Positions 37,645-47,677 of a stretch of 59,449 nucleotides of DNA are shown here, one piece after another. This DNA is from an uncultured bacterium. Its GTDB lineage: Bacteria > Patescibacteriota > Minisyncoccia > Phycocordibacterales > UBA2100. The first letter of the stretch is position 1. Every line of letters starts with the position of its first letter. The notes beneath the pieces are model-generated. The model did not search any database. It saw only the letters and a program-made list of their open reading frames with translations, and was not told the origin of the DNA. The DNA lies in the NCBI GenBank assembly GCA_903854215.1, contig CAINVT010000058.1:1-59449 (forward strand), given 5' to 3'. A program made the translations under genes and the position numbers.

Positions 37645-38718
37645 TTACTTTTTTATAGATGCAGCGATATCATCGCTGTACTCGCGCACATATTCCTCAA
37701 AATTCTTATACGAATAATTTTTCAATTGCATCGTCCGAGGACCGTCCTTGAACCATTGTGCTAACGCTGCGGGAAATTCTTGTTCACTCGTGATGATCGC
37801 TCCAGCCGCGCGGGCGATGCCGACGTCAGTCGAGAGAACGGGCTTCCCTGCCGCAAGAGCTTCGATAATGACGAGTCCGTAGCCTTCGTAGTGGGAGGTG
37901 ACGAGGACAAGATCGACTATGGGATAATAATCGATCGGCGCGGCCGCATTTTCAAAAAACACTCGTTCAGCGATGTTCTTTTCCTGCGTCAGTTTTTTCA
38001 GTTTCTCTTCTTCACTACCGGAACCAATGATGATAAGGCATGACTCCCGAGGCGAAGCCTTTGCGAATGATTCGATCGCGAGCGCGACATTCTTCTCCGG
38101 TTCCAGACGCGAGACAATGAGTAATTTTGTTTTGAATTGCTCGAAGCAGGCCTCCAGCCCAGATAACCGTGGCGCATCTCTAAATTTTTCGACATCGACG
38201 AATATCGGCAAGACACTGATGTGCGTTTTGAGCCTGTAGTGCACGACGATCTCGTCTTTGATGCGATCGGATACGACGCGCACGTGCTGAGCTCGATGCA
38301 GGACGAAACCTGCGATGGCGACGCGCAAACGATTTAAAAAAGAATGTTGTGTGTAGTGCGGCGAAAGAAAATCCGTATGCACTTGCACGTGCAAGGGCAC
38401 GTTCAGCATGCGCGCGATGAAAAGTCCGAGCATTCCCGTTTCGAAGGGGTCTTGTACCGAGATCACATCGGGCCGCGGCAAACGCCGCACAATACGTATG
38501 GTGTCGAGCCCGTAGAATAATTTTGAAAATGAATTGGTCGGATGAATAGAAAGACCTTCTTGCAGATGCTCTATCGCTCCGTCGCTGTGCAACGAGAAGC
38601 CGACGATGTCCAAGCGTCCAAAGGCATGGGCATAGGAAATTTGCCGCTCGAATGCGGGCGTCCCCGGGAAGAGGATTCCGCGTTTTGATCTATCCGAGCC
38701 GATCTGGAGTACGTGCAT
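37645..38718 (-). CDS. glycosyltransferase family 4
   Basis: SRLEPEKN, EGYGLVIIEALAAGKPV. Confidence 0.9.
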   Translation of the reverse strand: MHVLQIGSDRSKRGILFPGTPAFERQISYAHAFGRLDIVGFSLHSDGAIEHLQEGLSIHPTNSFSKLFYGLDTIRIVRRLPRPDVISVQDPFETGMLGLFIARMLNVPLHVQVHTDFLSPHYTQHSFLNRLRVAIAGFVLHRAQHVRVVSDRIKDEIVVHYRLKTHISVLPIFVDVEKFRDAPRLSGLEACFEQFKTKLLIVSRLEPEKNVALAIESFAKASPRESCLIIIGSGSEEEKLKKLTQEKNIAERVFFENAAAPIDYYPIVDLVLVTSHYEGYGLVIIEALAAGKPVLSTDVGIARAAGAIITSEQEFPAALAQWFKDGPRTMQLKNYSYKNFEEYVREYSDDIAASIKK

Positions 38719-38725
38719 ATGATTT

Positions 38726-39742
38726 TCAAATGTGGGACTTACGAAGTCCCCCGTTACTGATCGCGAGCATTTCGTGGGCGATGTCGTCGTAGGTGCGGAC
38801 TTCCGTATATGCGGCGATGTTCGCGCACAAACGCGCATAGGTTGCCGGATCGGCAAGTTTTGTAATTCCTTGCGTCAAGTCGGACTTGTCCAAGGGATCA
38901 ACGATGATGCCCATGTCCTTATACTTTTCCGCGTAACCGGAATACTTCGTGAGGATGAATGGTACGCCACAACGGAGAGCGTCGATGACACTATTGGGAG
39001 CGACTTCCGATATCGATGGAATGGCTACGGCATAGCTCGCGCGCATTTTCTCGATGAGCTCCGGGTATGGCACCATTCCTTCTTCCAGATCGAGATCCAC
39101 GCCATCGGCGCGCGCTTTTTCGAATGCGGAGCGAAATGCGGCAGTATTCTTGAGCGCGATTTGTCGGCCGTACAAGAGTATTGATCGATCAGTCGTCGTG
39201 TTGCGCTGCAATCGCTCACCGATCATGTTTTCGACAACGTGGACACGGCTGTCGTCGAGGTGATACGGCTCATGCCAGATATCCGCGAGCCACGATGTGT
39301 TGAACGCAAGTTCGGCATGACGCAGCATCCACGCAACGAGTTTGAATGCGATGCGTTCTTTGCGATTGAGATCACGCGAAACTCGATAGAAATCCGGTAG
39401 CGGAACGAGATCTTTTGTGCGTTCAGCATATGACTCCCAGACGAAATCCCCACCGATACGAATGACGACAGGAACGCGACGCAGCTTCGCGACGAGTGTT
39501 GCCGGTACACCGACGCTGTACGTGTCGAATGCAAATATCGCATCCGCTCCGCTCGCCACGCGCCACAGTTTGATCGCGTACAAAAGATGCCGAACACCTG
39601 ACGGATATTTTCGCAAACCACCGAAGAGAACGACGGGGGCATCGTGCCCGGATCGTTCGAGTGATTCTTTGACACCTTTGGCATACAAGGCGGGTCCGCC
39701 GACCTCCGGCGGATAAATGCCCGTCGCTATGATGATGCGCAT
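38726..39742 (-). CDS. glycosyltransferase family 4
   Basis: TGIYPPEVGGPA, PSISEVAPNSVIDAL. Confidence 0.85.
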   Translation of the reverse strand: MRIIIATGIYPPEVGGPALYAKGVKESLERSGHDAPVVLFGGLRKYPSGVRHLLYAIKLWRVASGADAIFAFDTYSVGVPATLVAKLRRVPVVIRIGGDFVWESYAERTKDLVPLPDFYRVSRDLNRKERIAFKLVAWMLRHAELAFNTSWLADIWHEPYHLDDSRVHVVENMIGERLQRNTTTDRSILLYGRQIALKNTAAFRSAFEKARADGVDLDLEEGMVPYPELIEKMRASYAVAIPSISEVAPNSVIDALRCGVPFILTKYSGYAEKYKDMGIIVDPLDKSDLTQGITKLADPATYARLCANIAAYTEVRTYDDIAHEMLAISNGGLRKSHI

Positions 39743-39792
39743 AGGAATACTGTAGCGCACGAAGATGCGGCGCGCCATGAGGGCGCGCCGCA

Positions 39793-41010
39793 CTATTGTG
39801 TTAACGTGTCGAAAACCTGCGTCTTCATATCTTTTGCGATGATATTCCAGTCATATTTTTCGATCGCGAGCACACGCGCGTTCTTCACGATGGTCGCCGT
39901 GAGCGCCGGATCGTCGAGGTAGGCACGCACCGCTTTAGCAACTGATTCCGGATTGCGCACGTTGCAAAAGATTCCCGTCGAGGGATACTCCGGATCTTTC
40001 CACGGATCGAAGAGGAAATCGACGATGCCGCCGACCGGTGTGGCAACGACCGGAATCCCCGCGGCATATGCTTCGACGAATGCGTTGCCGAATCCTTCAA
40101 TGATCGACGGCCGCACGAAGACATCGCACATTTTGAAATATGCCGGCAGTTCAGAATGGTCAATGTGTCCGGCAAAAATTACCCGTTCGTCGACACCGGC
40201 CTCTTTGGCGATATCGCGCAACATGTCGCGATCTTCACCATCGCCTGCAATGAGAAATCGCACGTTTTCCGGCAAATACGTGAGCGCACGGATCACATCC
40301 TCTATACCGCGCGAAAGTACGAGTCTCGAGGCGGTGAAGAGATACACATCGCCGTGCTGTTTGCCATATTTATTTTTCAATTCCCATAGCAGTTCACCTT
40401 CAACCGGGGCGGAAAATTTCTCCGTGTCGACTGCATTGGGAATGACGACGACTGGCCCTGTGTACCCGACTTCACGCGTAAGCTTCTCGATGAATGTAGA
40501 AATTGCTTTGATGAGATCCGCCTTGAGATACAGGCGACGGTAGAAGAACCACATCGCTTTCAATATCGGCTGGCGTGACTGTACCTGAGCGAGTGAATTG
40601 CCGTCTTGCAGTTCGAGATAATACGGAACTGACGGATGTGTGTATTTGAAAAGCAGCGCGCCGAATGCGGCATAGTTGGCCATCATCGCCCAGGTCATGT
40701 CGTACTTCTTTTCGCGATGCAACGAGAGCGCCTTCCAGAATGATGTGAACGGGAAAAGTAATTTTGCGCGTTTCAACGCCGGTGGCAGTGCACGATCCGA
40801 CACTTTTGGATTTTCCACCACGTCGCCGATGCGGTACACCGTGATATTTCCGATCTTCTCCACCTCCGGCAACTTTGCATCGAATCGCAACGTAATCATA
40901 TCGAACTGATAGTCCGCCGGATCGATCCGATCGGTTATTTCCTTGATCGCCACCTCCGCTCCACCCACGAATGGGTGGTATGTGAGTGAGAATATGAGGA
41001 TGCGTTTCAT
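39793..41010 (-). CDS. glycosyltransferase family 4
   Basis: YHPFVGGAE, IPNAVD, EGFGNAFVEAYAAGIPVV. Confidence 0.92.
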   Translation of the reverse strand: MKRILIFSLTYHPFVGGAEVAIKEITDRIDPADYQFDMITLRFDAKLPEVEKIGNITVYRIGDVVENPKVSDRALPPALKRAKLLFPFTSFWKALSLHREKKYDMTWAMMANYAAFGALLFKYTHPSVPYYLELQDGNSLAQVQSRQPILKAMWFFYRRLYLKADLIKAISTFIEKLTREVGYTGPVVVIPNAVDTEKFSAPVEGELLWELKNKYGKQHGDVYLFTASRLVLSRGIEDVIRALTYLPENVRFLIAGDGEDRDMLRDIAKEAGVDERVIFAGHIDHSELPAYFKMCDVFVRPSIIEGFGNAFVEAYAAGIPVVATPVGGIVDFLFDPWKDPEYPSTGIFCNVRNPESVAKAVRAYLDDPALTATIVKNARVLAIEKYDWNIIAKDMKTQVFDTLTQ

Positions 41011-41099
41011 TGGCTTCAATCCTATCCCAATCGGGACAAAAGAAAAGCGCCGCAGGATTGCTCCCGCGGCGCTTGAAAGTGCCCCACATTATCGCAGTC

Positions 41100-41798
41100 T
41101 CAGAGGCCCATAGCATTCACTAATTGCGCCACAGAAAAGGCCTTGTCATCACCGAATACATTGAGGTACTCCCGTATTGTTTCCTTGGCAACATAACCCT
41201 TGCCGAGGTCGTCGACTATAGTGTCTTTCGGATGACCATCTGCATATCCCGTCGCGGCCGGATGGAACCCATGCTTCACAAAAAGCAGATCCTCGAATGG
41301 TCCTTTGACCGTGTCACGCAATACTCGCGGCGAATGGTTCGATGATGCGACATGCAGGAGATAACTCGGCGCGAAGCCGAATTTCCCGGCACGGTACCAC
41401 CGTGCGACCTCGACGATCGTACCGGAAGTAGTCGGACTCACTTCGTCAAAGAATGCGATTCTCCTGAGCATTTTTGGATCGAGCCCATACTCGTGGGCGA
41501 GTTCGTACGTGCGTTCCGCACAATACCGCGCTTCCGTCACCGTTCGCTTGCCATTGAAGGCCACCCACGATGCGCCGGTCGAGAAGATGATATTGGACAG
41601 ATTCACACAATCTCGTGCGAGTTCCAAAACTCTCCGAGCGCGACCGGGGCGCTCCATAGTCCCGATGCAGACTTCTTCCCAGTCGCGATACGGATATTCG
41701 TGCGCGGGCTTTCCGTCATATGTTTCGACCCCTTTCAGTTCGGGATTTGCAGCGAGAGTATATCCATGAAATAGGATGCGAGTAGGAACTTTGAACAC
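41100..41798 (-). CDS. YdcF/ElyC (DUF218)-like protein
   Basis: PGRARR..IIFSTG..TEA..DEVSPTT..SSNHSPR; SD GGGAGG before GTG; hairpin at 41045-41074. Confidence 0.6.
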   Translation of the reverse strand: MFKVPTRILFHGYTLAANPELKGVETYDGKPAHEYPYRDWEEVCIGTMERPGRARRVLELARDCVNLSNIIFSTGASWVAFNGKRTVTEARYCAERTYELAHEYGLDPKMLRRIAFFDEVSPTTSGTIVEVARWYRAGKFGFAPSYLLHVASSNHSPRVLRDTVKGPFEDLLFVKHGFHPAATGYADGHPKDTIVDDLGKGYVAKETIREYLNVFGDDKAFSVAQLVNAMGL

Positions 41799-41860
41799 GA
41801 CGAATCCTCCCTGCTAGGGTCATTTCCTAACTGAGGTTATATCACAAATATAATATATGT

Positions 41861-43357
41861 CTATACCGGTCGGATCAACTTCCCTTCCTGCTTCATGGTC
41901 ATTTCTTGGTAATTTTTTCGTACCCGCTCGATAAGCGCATTCGTCTCCTGCATTTCTGTACCTTGATATATGTGGTCTGCTTTTTTTTCTGCGTACGCCG
42001 CGAGTTTTTTCTTCAGTGGTGAGGTGTACAGTTCGCTCGCATGATGCGCGATGATGAAGCTTGCCTTGGAGCCGAGTAGTTTCAAGATCACGCCGACCAA
42101 CGCACCATAGCTCGCCATCAAGGACCACATGAATCGGAAATGCCGCTGTCGATCAAGTTCGCGCGCTTTGAAAGCACCCAAGACCGGTAAGAGGAATTTA
42201 TCTAACTTCATACCGAATCCGAGACGATAGACAGTGATATTGTCCATGATTTCCACACGCTTCAGGCCACGGCGGAATTTGGTCGTGATGACGTGGAATT
42301 CTGTCTCGGGCATCGCGCGGGCAAGCATCGCAAGTCGTTCTTCGGCAAGACCAGCATCGGGATAGTAGGTGGCCGCGAAGACGAGTATGCGGCTCTCGGG
42401 AAGTCCAATATGTTTATAATGCGCGATCATGTCATCGAGCAGCTCGTCCAACGTTTTAGTTGGTTTCCAATTGAGCTCATGCTTCGCAAGTGTGATGTCG
42501 GGCTTCCGGAAAAGTGGCGCGTCATCTTGCGGTTCGAATACGATCTTTGACTTCGAGCCGGTCTTCTCAAGAATCTTATGCACGAGGTCGAGCATACTGA
42601 TCTCTTCGTCATTGCCGATATTGACCGGTCCGATGAAGTTCTCTTTGTGCATGAGCTTGTCGAGTGCTTCGATCTGATCGTCGACATGCAGGAAACAACG
42701 CGTCGCTGACCCATCGCCGTAGATGACGATATCACGATTGCCGAGCGCGTTGTAAATGAAAATCGAAGGGACACGACCGTCGGTCATCTGCGTATTCGGT
42801 CCGGCAGTGTTGAAGATGCGCGCGATACGAATATCAGTGCCATGCACGCGACTATGATCTACGAACAGCGTCTCGGCGGCACGTTTTCCCTTTTCGTAAC
42901 ATGCGCGAGGGCTGAGCGCATTGGCATTGCTCGCATAATTGTCAGATTCACGGAATGGATGGTCGCCCATCTCACCATAGACATCTGCGGTCGATCCTTG
43001 GAGAATGCGTGCACCGTGTTTCTTGGCGAGATCGAGCATGTTGATAACGCCATCGATCGATGTACGCATCGTATGGATCGGATCGACCTGGAGTGAGAGG
43101 ACGGAAACGGGACATGCAAGGTTGAAGATCAAATCTATTTTCTCACCGGGAAAATCGAGCGGCTCGATGATATCGTGCTTGATGAATTTAAAATTTGGAT
43201 GTTTGAGGAATGCATCGATGTTCTGTGTCGTGCGCGTTTTCATCAAGTTGTCGACGACGATCACGCGATGACCTTCATCGAGATATCGTTTTGCCATTAC
43301 TGAGCCCAAGGCGCCGGCTCCACCCGTAATGAGAATGGTTTTCTGTTCTTCAGACAT
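41861..43357 (-). CDS. UDP-glucuronate decarboxylase-like SDR fused to a GT4 N-terminal half-domain
   Basis: ITGGAG, FNLACP, PRACYEKGKR, ARIFNT, DGRV; C-terminal part resembles the N-terminus of the GT4 at 39793-41010. Confidence 0.85.
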   Translation of the reverse strand: MSEEQKTILITGGAGALGSVMAKRYLDEGHRVIVVDNLMKTRTTQNIDAFLKHPNFKFIKHDIIEPLDFPGEKIDLIFNLACPVSVLSLQVDPIHTMRTSIDGVINMLDLAKKHGARILQGSTADVYGEMGDHPFRESDNYASNANALSPRACYEKGKRAAETLFVDHSRVHGTDIRIARIFNTAGPNTQMTDGRVPSIFIYNALGNRDIVIYGDGSATRCFLHVDDQIEALDKLMHKENFIGPVNIGNDEEISMLDLVHKILEKTGSKSKIVFEPQDDAPLFRKPDITLAKHELNWKPTKTLDELLDDMIAHYKHIGLPESRILVFAATYYPDAGLAEERLAMLARAMPETEFHVITTKFRRGLKRVEIMDNITVYRLGFGMKLDKFLLPVLGAFKARELDRQRHFRFMWSLMASYGALVGVILKLLGSKASFIIAHHASELYTSPLKKKLAAYAEKKADHIYQGTEMQETNALIERVRKNYQEMTMKQEGKLIRPV

Positions 43358-43366
43358 ATATGAAGA

Positions 43367-44185
43367 CTACACGTCTTCGGGACTTTCTTCAACGATGTCC
43401 CATTCGTTTTTCTTGACGTGCCGCGCGCTCGCTATCACGGCAATGGTGAAAAGCACGACGGCGGCAAGCGCAAAGAACCAATATGCGTCGATACCGGGTG
43501 CGGCCGCAGCGGCCGTTTGTGGCTCTACAACGGCCATATTTCCCGCGTCATTGCTCGCACGAACCTGTGCCTGAGACGAAGATTTAACCTTCCCCTGATC
43601 GGCGGCCTCGTTGGGCGACTTTATGGGGGCTTTCTTCGAAGTTGTGATCGGTGCCGTCCTTGGCGCGATCATTGTGGTAGACATTGTGGCACCGGGGGTT
43701 GGTGCGTGCGGAACGAATTGTCCTGTATCATCCGGTGCGCGTTGCAGCGAATTACCATCACCGAGTCCGCCCCACGCGCTATCGTACGATACGGTATCGA
43801 TCGCAATGAGTGATTTGTCACGTAGCGTCAATGTCGCGCCGCCGTTGTCGAGTTCAAACGCGCTATGAAATAGTGCGCCGACATAATCCGGATGATCCGT
43901 TTGAAATTTCGTCGCGTTCGACGCGATGACCGCGTACGTATCCGGTGCGAGCAGGGAACCACCCGATACGGCAATGATGTTGTGATTGGCATCACCTTCA
44001 TACACTTTCCAGCTCGTGAGCAGAATCGATGATGTACCGGTGTTGTAAACCTCTATCCACTCATGCCCGCTGTCGACACCAGGCGGATCGTACATGATCT
44101 CAGTGATCACTGCCTGCGCATTCGCGATGAACGGCACGAGCAGTAGTGCGATCGCGGCGTTACGTATCTGAAATATCTTGTTCAT
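43367..44185 (-). CDS. lamin-tail-domain surface protein with C-terminal anchor
   Basis: Signal peptide, VITEIMYDP..EWIEVYN, GNSLQR, PTPG, C-terminal TM. Confidence 0.85.
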   Translation of the reverse strand: MNKIFQIRNAAIALLLVPFIANAQAVITEIMYDPPGVDSGHEWIEVYNTGTSSILLTSWKVYEGDANHNIIAVSGGSLLAPDTYAVIASNATKFQTDHPDYVGALFHSAFELDNGGATLTLRDKSLIAIDTVSYDSAWGGLGDGNSLQRAPDDTGQFVPHAPTPGATMSTTMIAPRTAPITTSKKAPIKSPNEAADQGKVKSSSQAQVRASNDAGNMAVVEPQTAAAAAPGIDAYWFFALAAVVLFTIAVIASARHVKKNEWDIVEESPEDV

Positions 44186-46325
44186 GACCCCCGTCATCAT
44201 TGATAATGCGTTTGAGCAATTCAGGTGAAATCTCCTCCATTCCGCTTTTTTCCGGTACTTTCACTTCCTCGCGAGTTCGCAGTGGTTCGGAAATCGATTC
44301 GCTTGGTTGTGGTCGCGGCGCCGGCTGCACAGGCCGCGGCGAGGGTGTTGGTTCAGCCGGTCGCGGAGGCTGCGACGGGCGAGTAGAGCGGAAGTCAGTC
44401 GCACGAAACGATCGCGGCGGCGGATTTTGTTGGTATTTTTGTGTGGGACCGGTCGATGCTGCAGCGAGCGGTCGTTGCAAACGTGAACGAAGCAAGTCGG
44501 CTGGAGAACGTATTGGCGCAGTGGTGGATGCGGGTGTTGGTGGCGGGGTTGGTGTTGGCGCTGCCGATGTCGTGCGTGCGCCTTCGATCGCAGCGCGCAA
44601 TGCGGAGCGCTGTTCTACTTCACCATTATTTGATCGAGACGCTGATGCCACCGGAGCGACATACTGCGTTTGCGAGCGTTCCCCCTTCTGCTCCACGGGT
44701 CGTTCATATGTTCGTTCAACTGCTCGTTCTATCGGTGGAGGTACTGCAGCTGCCGGAGGAACCACTGTTGCCGCAGAAGCCGGTATATACGTATTCGCAG
44801 GACGAGCTGCTTCTTGTCGAGGCTCTGTGTGTATGACAGGCTCCGGTGTCGGCGGCGGCGGTTGAGGCGAAGGTGTACTGTTGGTAGCACGCATAATTGC
44901 GATCGGTGGAACCGGCGGCGTACTCGGAGCGCTCGGAGCGCTCGACGCCGGACGCGATCCATAGCTGCTACCACCTTCCATTTTGCGGATCTGTGTTTTG
45001 GACAAGACAGGCGGCGGGATGAACGCTTTCTGCTTCTCGGCGATCACTGCCTCGACATCGGCACGTTGCCGGCCATAGGTCTCACGCGAGTGCATGACGA
45101 CATCTTCACGATATGAAATGTGCGGCGATTCGATGGGCGGGATCGTCTCGGCGGAGAACGGCGGCGAGCCGACACCATCGATCATCAGCGTAAGATAGAT
45201 CTGTCCGATGCCGAGGCCGACCAGGTCTTCCGCTTCGAAGGTCGGTTCAAAAACGATCTTCAATGTCTCGGCGTCGAACGGACCGACACGGAAGGTGATG
45301 AGCGTCCCTACGTTGCCGAAGACGGCATCACGAACCGTTTCTTCCATTTGTTCGATGTATTGATTCGCGAGCGTGAGCGCAAGCTTGTACTTGCGCGACT
45401 CCGAAAGAATGTCGGCGAATGCTTCATTCATCATTGATTGGAATTCATCGACGTAGAAGAAGCAGCGCGGCAACTTCGCCATGCGTGACGGCGGTTCGTC
45501 CGCGCGACTCATCGCCGCGAGATAGATCTTGACGGTGAGCATGGATCCGAGCAACGACGCGTTGGTCTCGCCCATCCGCCCCTTGGAAAGATTGACGATG
45601 AAAATCTTTTTCTCGTCCATGATCTTGCGCAGGTCGAACGATGATTTGGGTTGGCCGATGATATTACGAATGAGCGGGTTGGAGACGAATTGTCCGATCT
45701 TGTTCTGGATCGCCGGTGTCGCTTCGCGGGTGTAAGTATCGGTGAATGCCGCGAACTCTTCCGTCCAAAAAGCGCGGACGATCGGATCCTGCACGACTTT
45801 GATGACCGCTTCGCGGAACGTCTTGTTGGTGAGCATCCGGTTCACATCGAGCAAGGTCGAACCGGGATATTCGAGAAGTGCCAAGAGTGTGTTCTGCAAG
45901 ATGTATTCCATGCGGGCGCTCCATGCGTCGACCCAAATACGCTTGAGAGCACCCATGAGGCCGGAGACGACGAGATGCCGCTTGTCGAAACCAACATCTT
46001 CCATGACGTTGAAACCAATCGGGTAGTCAACGTCGAACGGCGCGAAGTAGACGACGTCGTTGATGCGATCATGCGGAACGAAGTCGAGCAGCTTTTCGGC
46101 GGTCGAACCGTGCGGGTCGATGAAGGCGATTCCTTCACCATGCTGGATGTCCTGGATCGCCATATTCTCGAGCATGGTCGACTTGCCCATACCGGTCTTG
46201 CCGATCACGTAAACATGCTTGCCGCGATCTATAGAACGTATGCCGAACATCTCGCGTTTGCCGCGTGTGTGCGTTGCCGCAAAATATGTGATGCGGCGAT
46301 CATCGTCGCGTGCATCGGGATGCAT
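44160..46325 (-). CDS. VirD4/TraG-like coupling ATPase with long Pro-rich C-terminal tail
   Basis: Walker A IGKTGMGKS, IDPHG, Walker B YVDEFQ, SESRKY, NQY, GNVGT..FRVG. Confidence 0.9.
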   Translation of the reverse strand: MHPDARDDDRRITYFAATHTRGKREMFGIRSIDRGKHVYVIGKTGMGKSTMLENMAIQDIQHGEGIAFIDPHGSTAEKLLDFVPHDRINDVVYFAPFDVDYPIGFNVMEDVGFDKRHLVVSGLMGALKRIWVDAWSARMEYILQNTLLALLEYPGSTLLDVNRMLTNKTFREAVIKVVQDPIVRAFWTEEFAAFTDTYTREATPAIQNKIGQFVSNPLIRNIIGQPKSSFDLRKIMDEKKIFIVNLSKGRMGETNASLLGSMLTVKIYLAAMSRADEPPSRMAKLPRCFFYVDEFQSMMNEAFADILSESRKYKLALTLANQYIEQMEETVRDAVFGNVGTLITFRVGPFDAETLKIVFEPTFEAEDLVGLGIGQIYLTLMIDGVGSPPFSAETIPPIESPHISYREDVVMHSRETYGRQRADVEAVIAEKQKAFIPPPVLSKTQIRKMEGGSSYGSRPASSAPSAPSTPPVPPIAIMRATNSTPSPQPPPPTPEPVIHTEPRQEAARPANTYIPASAATVVPPAAAVPPPIERAVERTYERPVEQKGERSQTQYVAPVASASRSNNGEVEQRSALRAAIEGARTTSAAPTPTPPPTPASTTAPIRSPADLLRSRLQRPLAAASTGPTQKYQQNPPPRSFRATDFRSTRPSQPPRPAEPTPSPRPVQPAPRPQPSESISEPLRTREEVKVPEKSGMEEISPELLKRIINDDGGHEQDISDT

Positions 46326-46346
46326 GCGATTAAGTATACCAGATGA

Positions 46347-46622
46347 CTACGCGACTGTGTGTGCGTCGTCGTGCGAATGTTTCTCGTTAAATGTTTGCGT
46401 ATCGTGCGATACGAAGTTCACGGGCACACTTTCAACAAATTCCCCTTTGCGCGCACGTACCTGCTGCGGTCGTTCCCCGCGGCGGCGTACGGCGATGCCG
46501 AGACCGATAACGACGATACCGAGTACGAAGAAGATCAACATCTGCGTATCCACTGTAAAACCAAGAAACGGCATCAGAGCGACAAGGGCTCCAACGAGCA
46601 TAATGAGTGCATCGAGTGACAT
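46347..46622 (-). CDS. small two-helix membrane protein
   Basis: Two hydrophobic segments, PFLGF, FVES; TACACT 6 nt before ATG. Confidence 0.75.
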   Translation of the reverse strand: MSLDALIMLVGALVALMPFLGFTVDTQMLIFFVLGIVVIGLGIAVRRRGERPQQVRARKGEFVESVPVNFVSHDTQTFNEKHSHDDAHTVA

Positions 46623-46698
46623 ACGAAAAGTGTACCCCTATAGTCCAATAAAGAAAAGCCCTCGCTCCAGCATTGCTGAGGCGAGAGACTTTGAGGTG

Positions 46699-46827
46699 TT
46701 AGCGGAGCAATAATTGTCCCGCGGGGCTTGCCACGAGGAAGAGGATAAATAATCCTTTCATGGCATAGCCAGGAATCTGATCTTCGAAAATGTCATTTCC
46801 GAAAATGGTGAAGAAAATGATACGCAT
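46699..46827 (-). CDS. 42-aa hydrophobic small protein (below the ORF-track cutoff)
   Basis: MRIIFFTIFGNDIFEDQIPGYAMKGLFILFLVASPAGQLLLR; TTGACA-16-TATAAT promoter near 46891-46918, SD GGAG, terminator at 46657-46689. Confidence 0.6.
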   Translation of the reverse strand: MRIIFFTIFGNDIFEDQIPGYAMKGLFILFLVASPAGQLLLR

Positions 46828-46926
46828 TACACACTCCATACTCGGCATGCCGCAACGCTGCGCATCCTGCCGAAAGACGACGCTGGTAGTATTATATTCT
46901 ATTTTTGTATTTTGTCAATGCCTTCG

Positions 46927-47676
46927 TTATTTACTGACGATAAGCACGAATTCTCCCCGCACACCGCCTTTTGCTTCTAATTGTTTCGCGATATCCAGTG
47001 GCTCGCCGACGAGCATTTCTTCGTGCATCTTGGTAAGTTCACGACCAACGTACACGCGTTGGATATTATGTGCAGCGAGTTCGGCAAGCAGTTTCAAAAT
47101 ACGATGCGGTGATTCGTAGACGACGACCGGATGTGAACTAGCCACAATTTCTTTGAGCATCGTCTGTCTCCCCTTCTTATGTGGTAGGAATCCAAAGAAG
47201 GTGAATGATGGATCATCAATACCGGCGATCGAAAGTGCCGCCGTGATCGCTGACGCGCCAGGAATTGCTTCAATGGTAAATGATGGAGGTAGCGGCGCGG
47301 AAGAAACTTCTTTTCCGCTTCCGCCTATCGTTCGGGTCGAAAAAAATACATTGGGAATGTCGCTTTGCAATGCTTCACGGACTCGTGCAACGAGCCGAGC
47401 ACCAGGATCTGAAATGCCCGGTGTCCCCGCATCAGAAACGAACGCGACTTTTTCTCCGCGCTCTAGTCGTTCGATGATCTCATCTGCTTTCTTCAACTCC
47501 GTTGCCGCATCAAGGCGATGTACCGAAGTCTGTATTTCATACTTCACCAAGAGCTTCGCGATCACGCGCGTGTCTTCAGCATAAATAGCATCCGCCTCCT
47601 TGAGCACGCGCAGCGCACGTAGAGTAATGTCCTCCATATTACCTATCGGTGTCGCTACTATTGAAAGGGTTCCCAT
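46927..47676 (-). CDS. rsmI: 16S rRNA (cytidine1402-2'-O)-methyltransferase
   Basis: VATPIGNMEDITLRA, AEDTR, VSDAGTPGISDPG, YESPHR, RELTKMHEE. Confidence 0.96.
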   Translation of the reverse strand: MGTLSIVATPIGNMEDITLRALRVLKEADAIYAEDTRVIAKLLVKYEIQTSVHRLDAATELKKADEIIERLERGEKVAFVSDAGTPGISDPGARLVARVREALQSDIPNVFFSTRTIGGSGKEVSSAPLPPSFTIEAIPGASAITAALSIAGIDDPSFTFFGFLPHKKGRQTMLKEIVASSHPVVVYESPHRILKLLAELAAHNIQRVYVGRELTKMHEEMLVGEPLDIAKQLEAKGGVRGEFVLIVSK

Positions 47677-47677
47677 A

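Noticed and set aside
44160-46325. Conjugative element around the VirD4-like gene
   Set aside because: No relaxase, integrase, VirB4 or att sites seen; neighbours are housekeeping and envelope genes.
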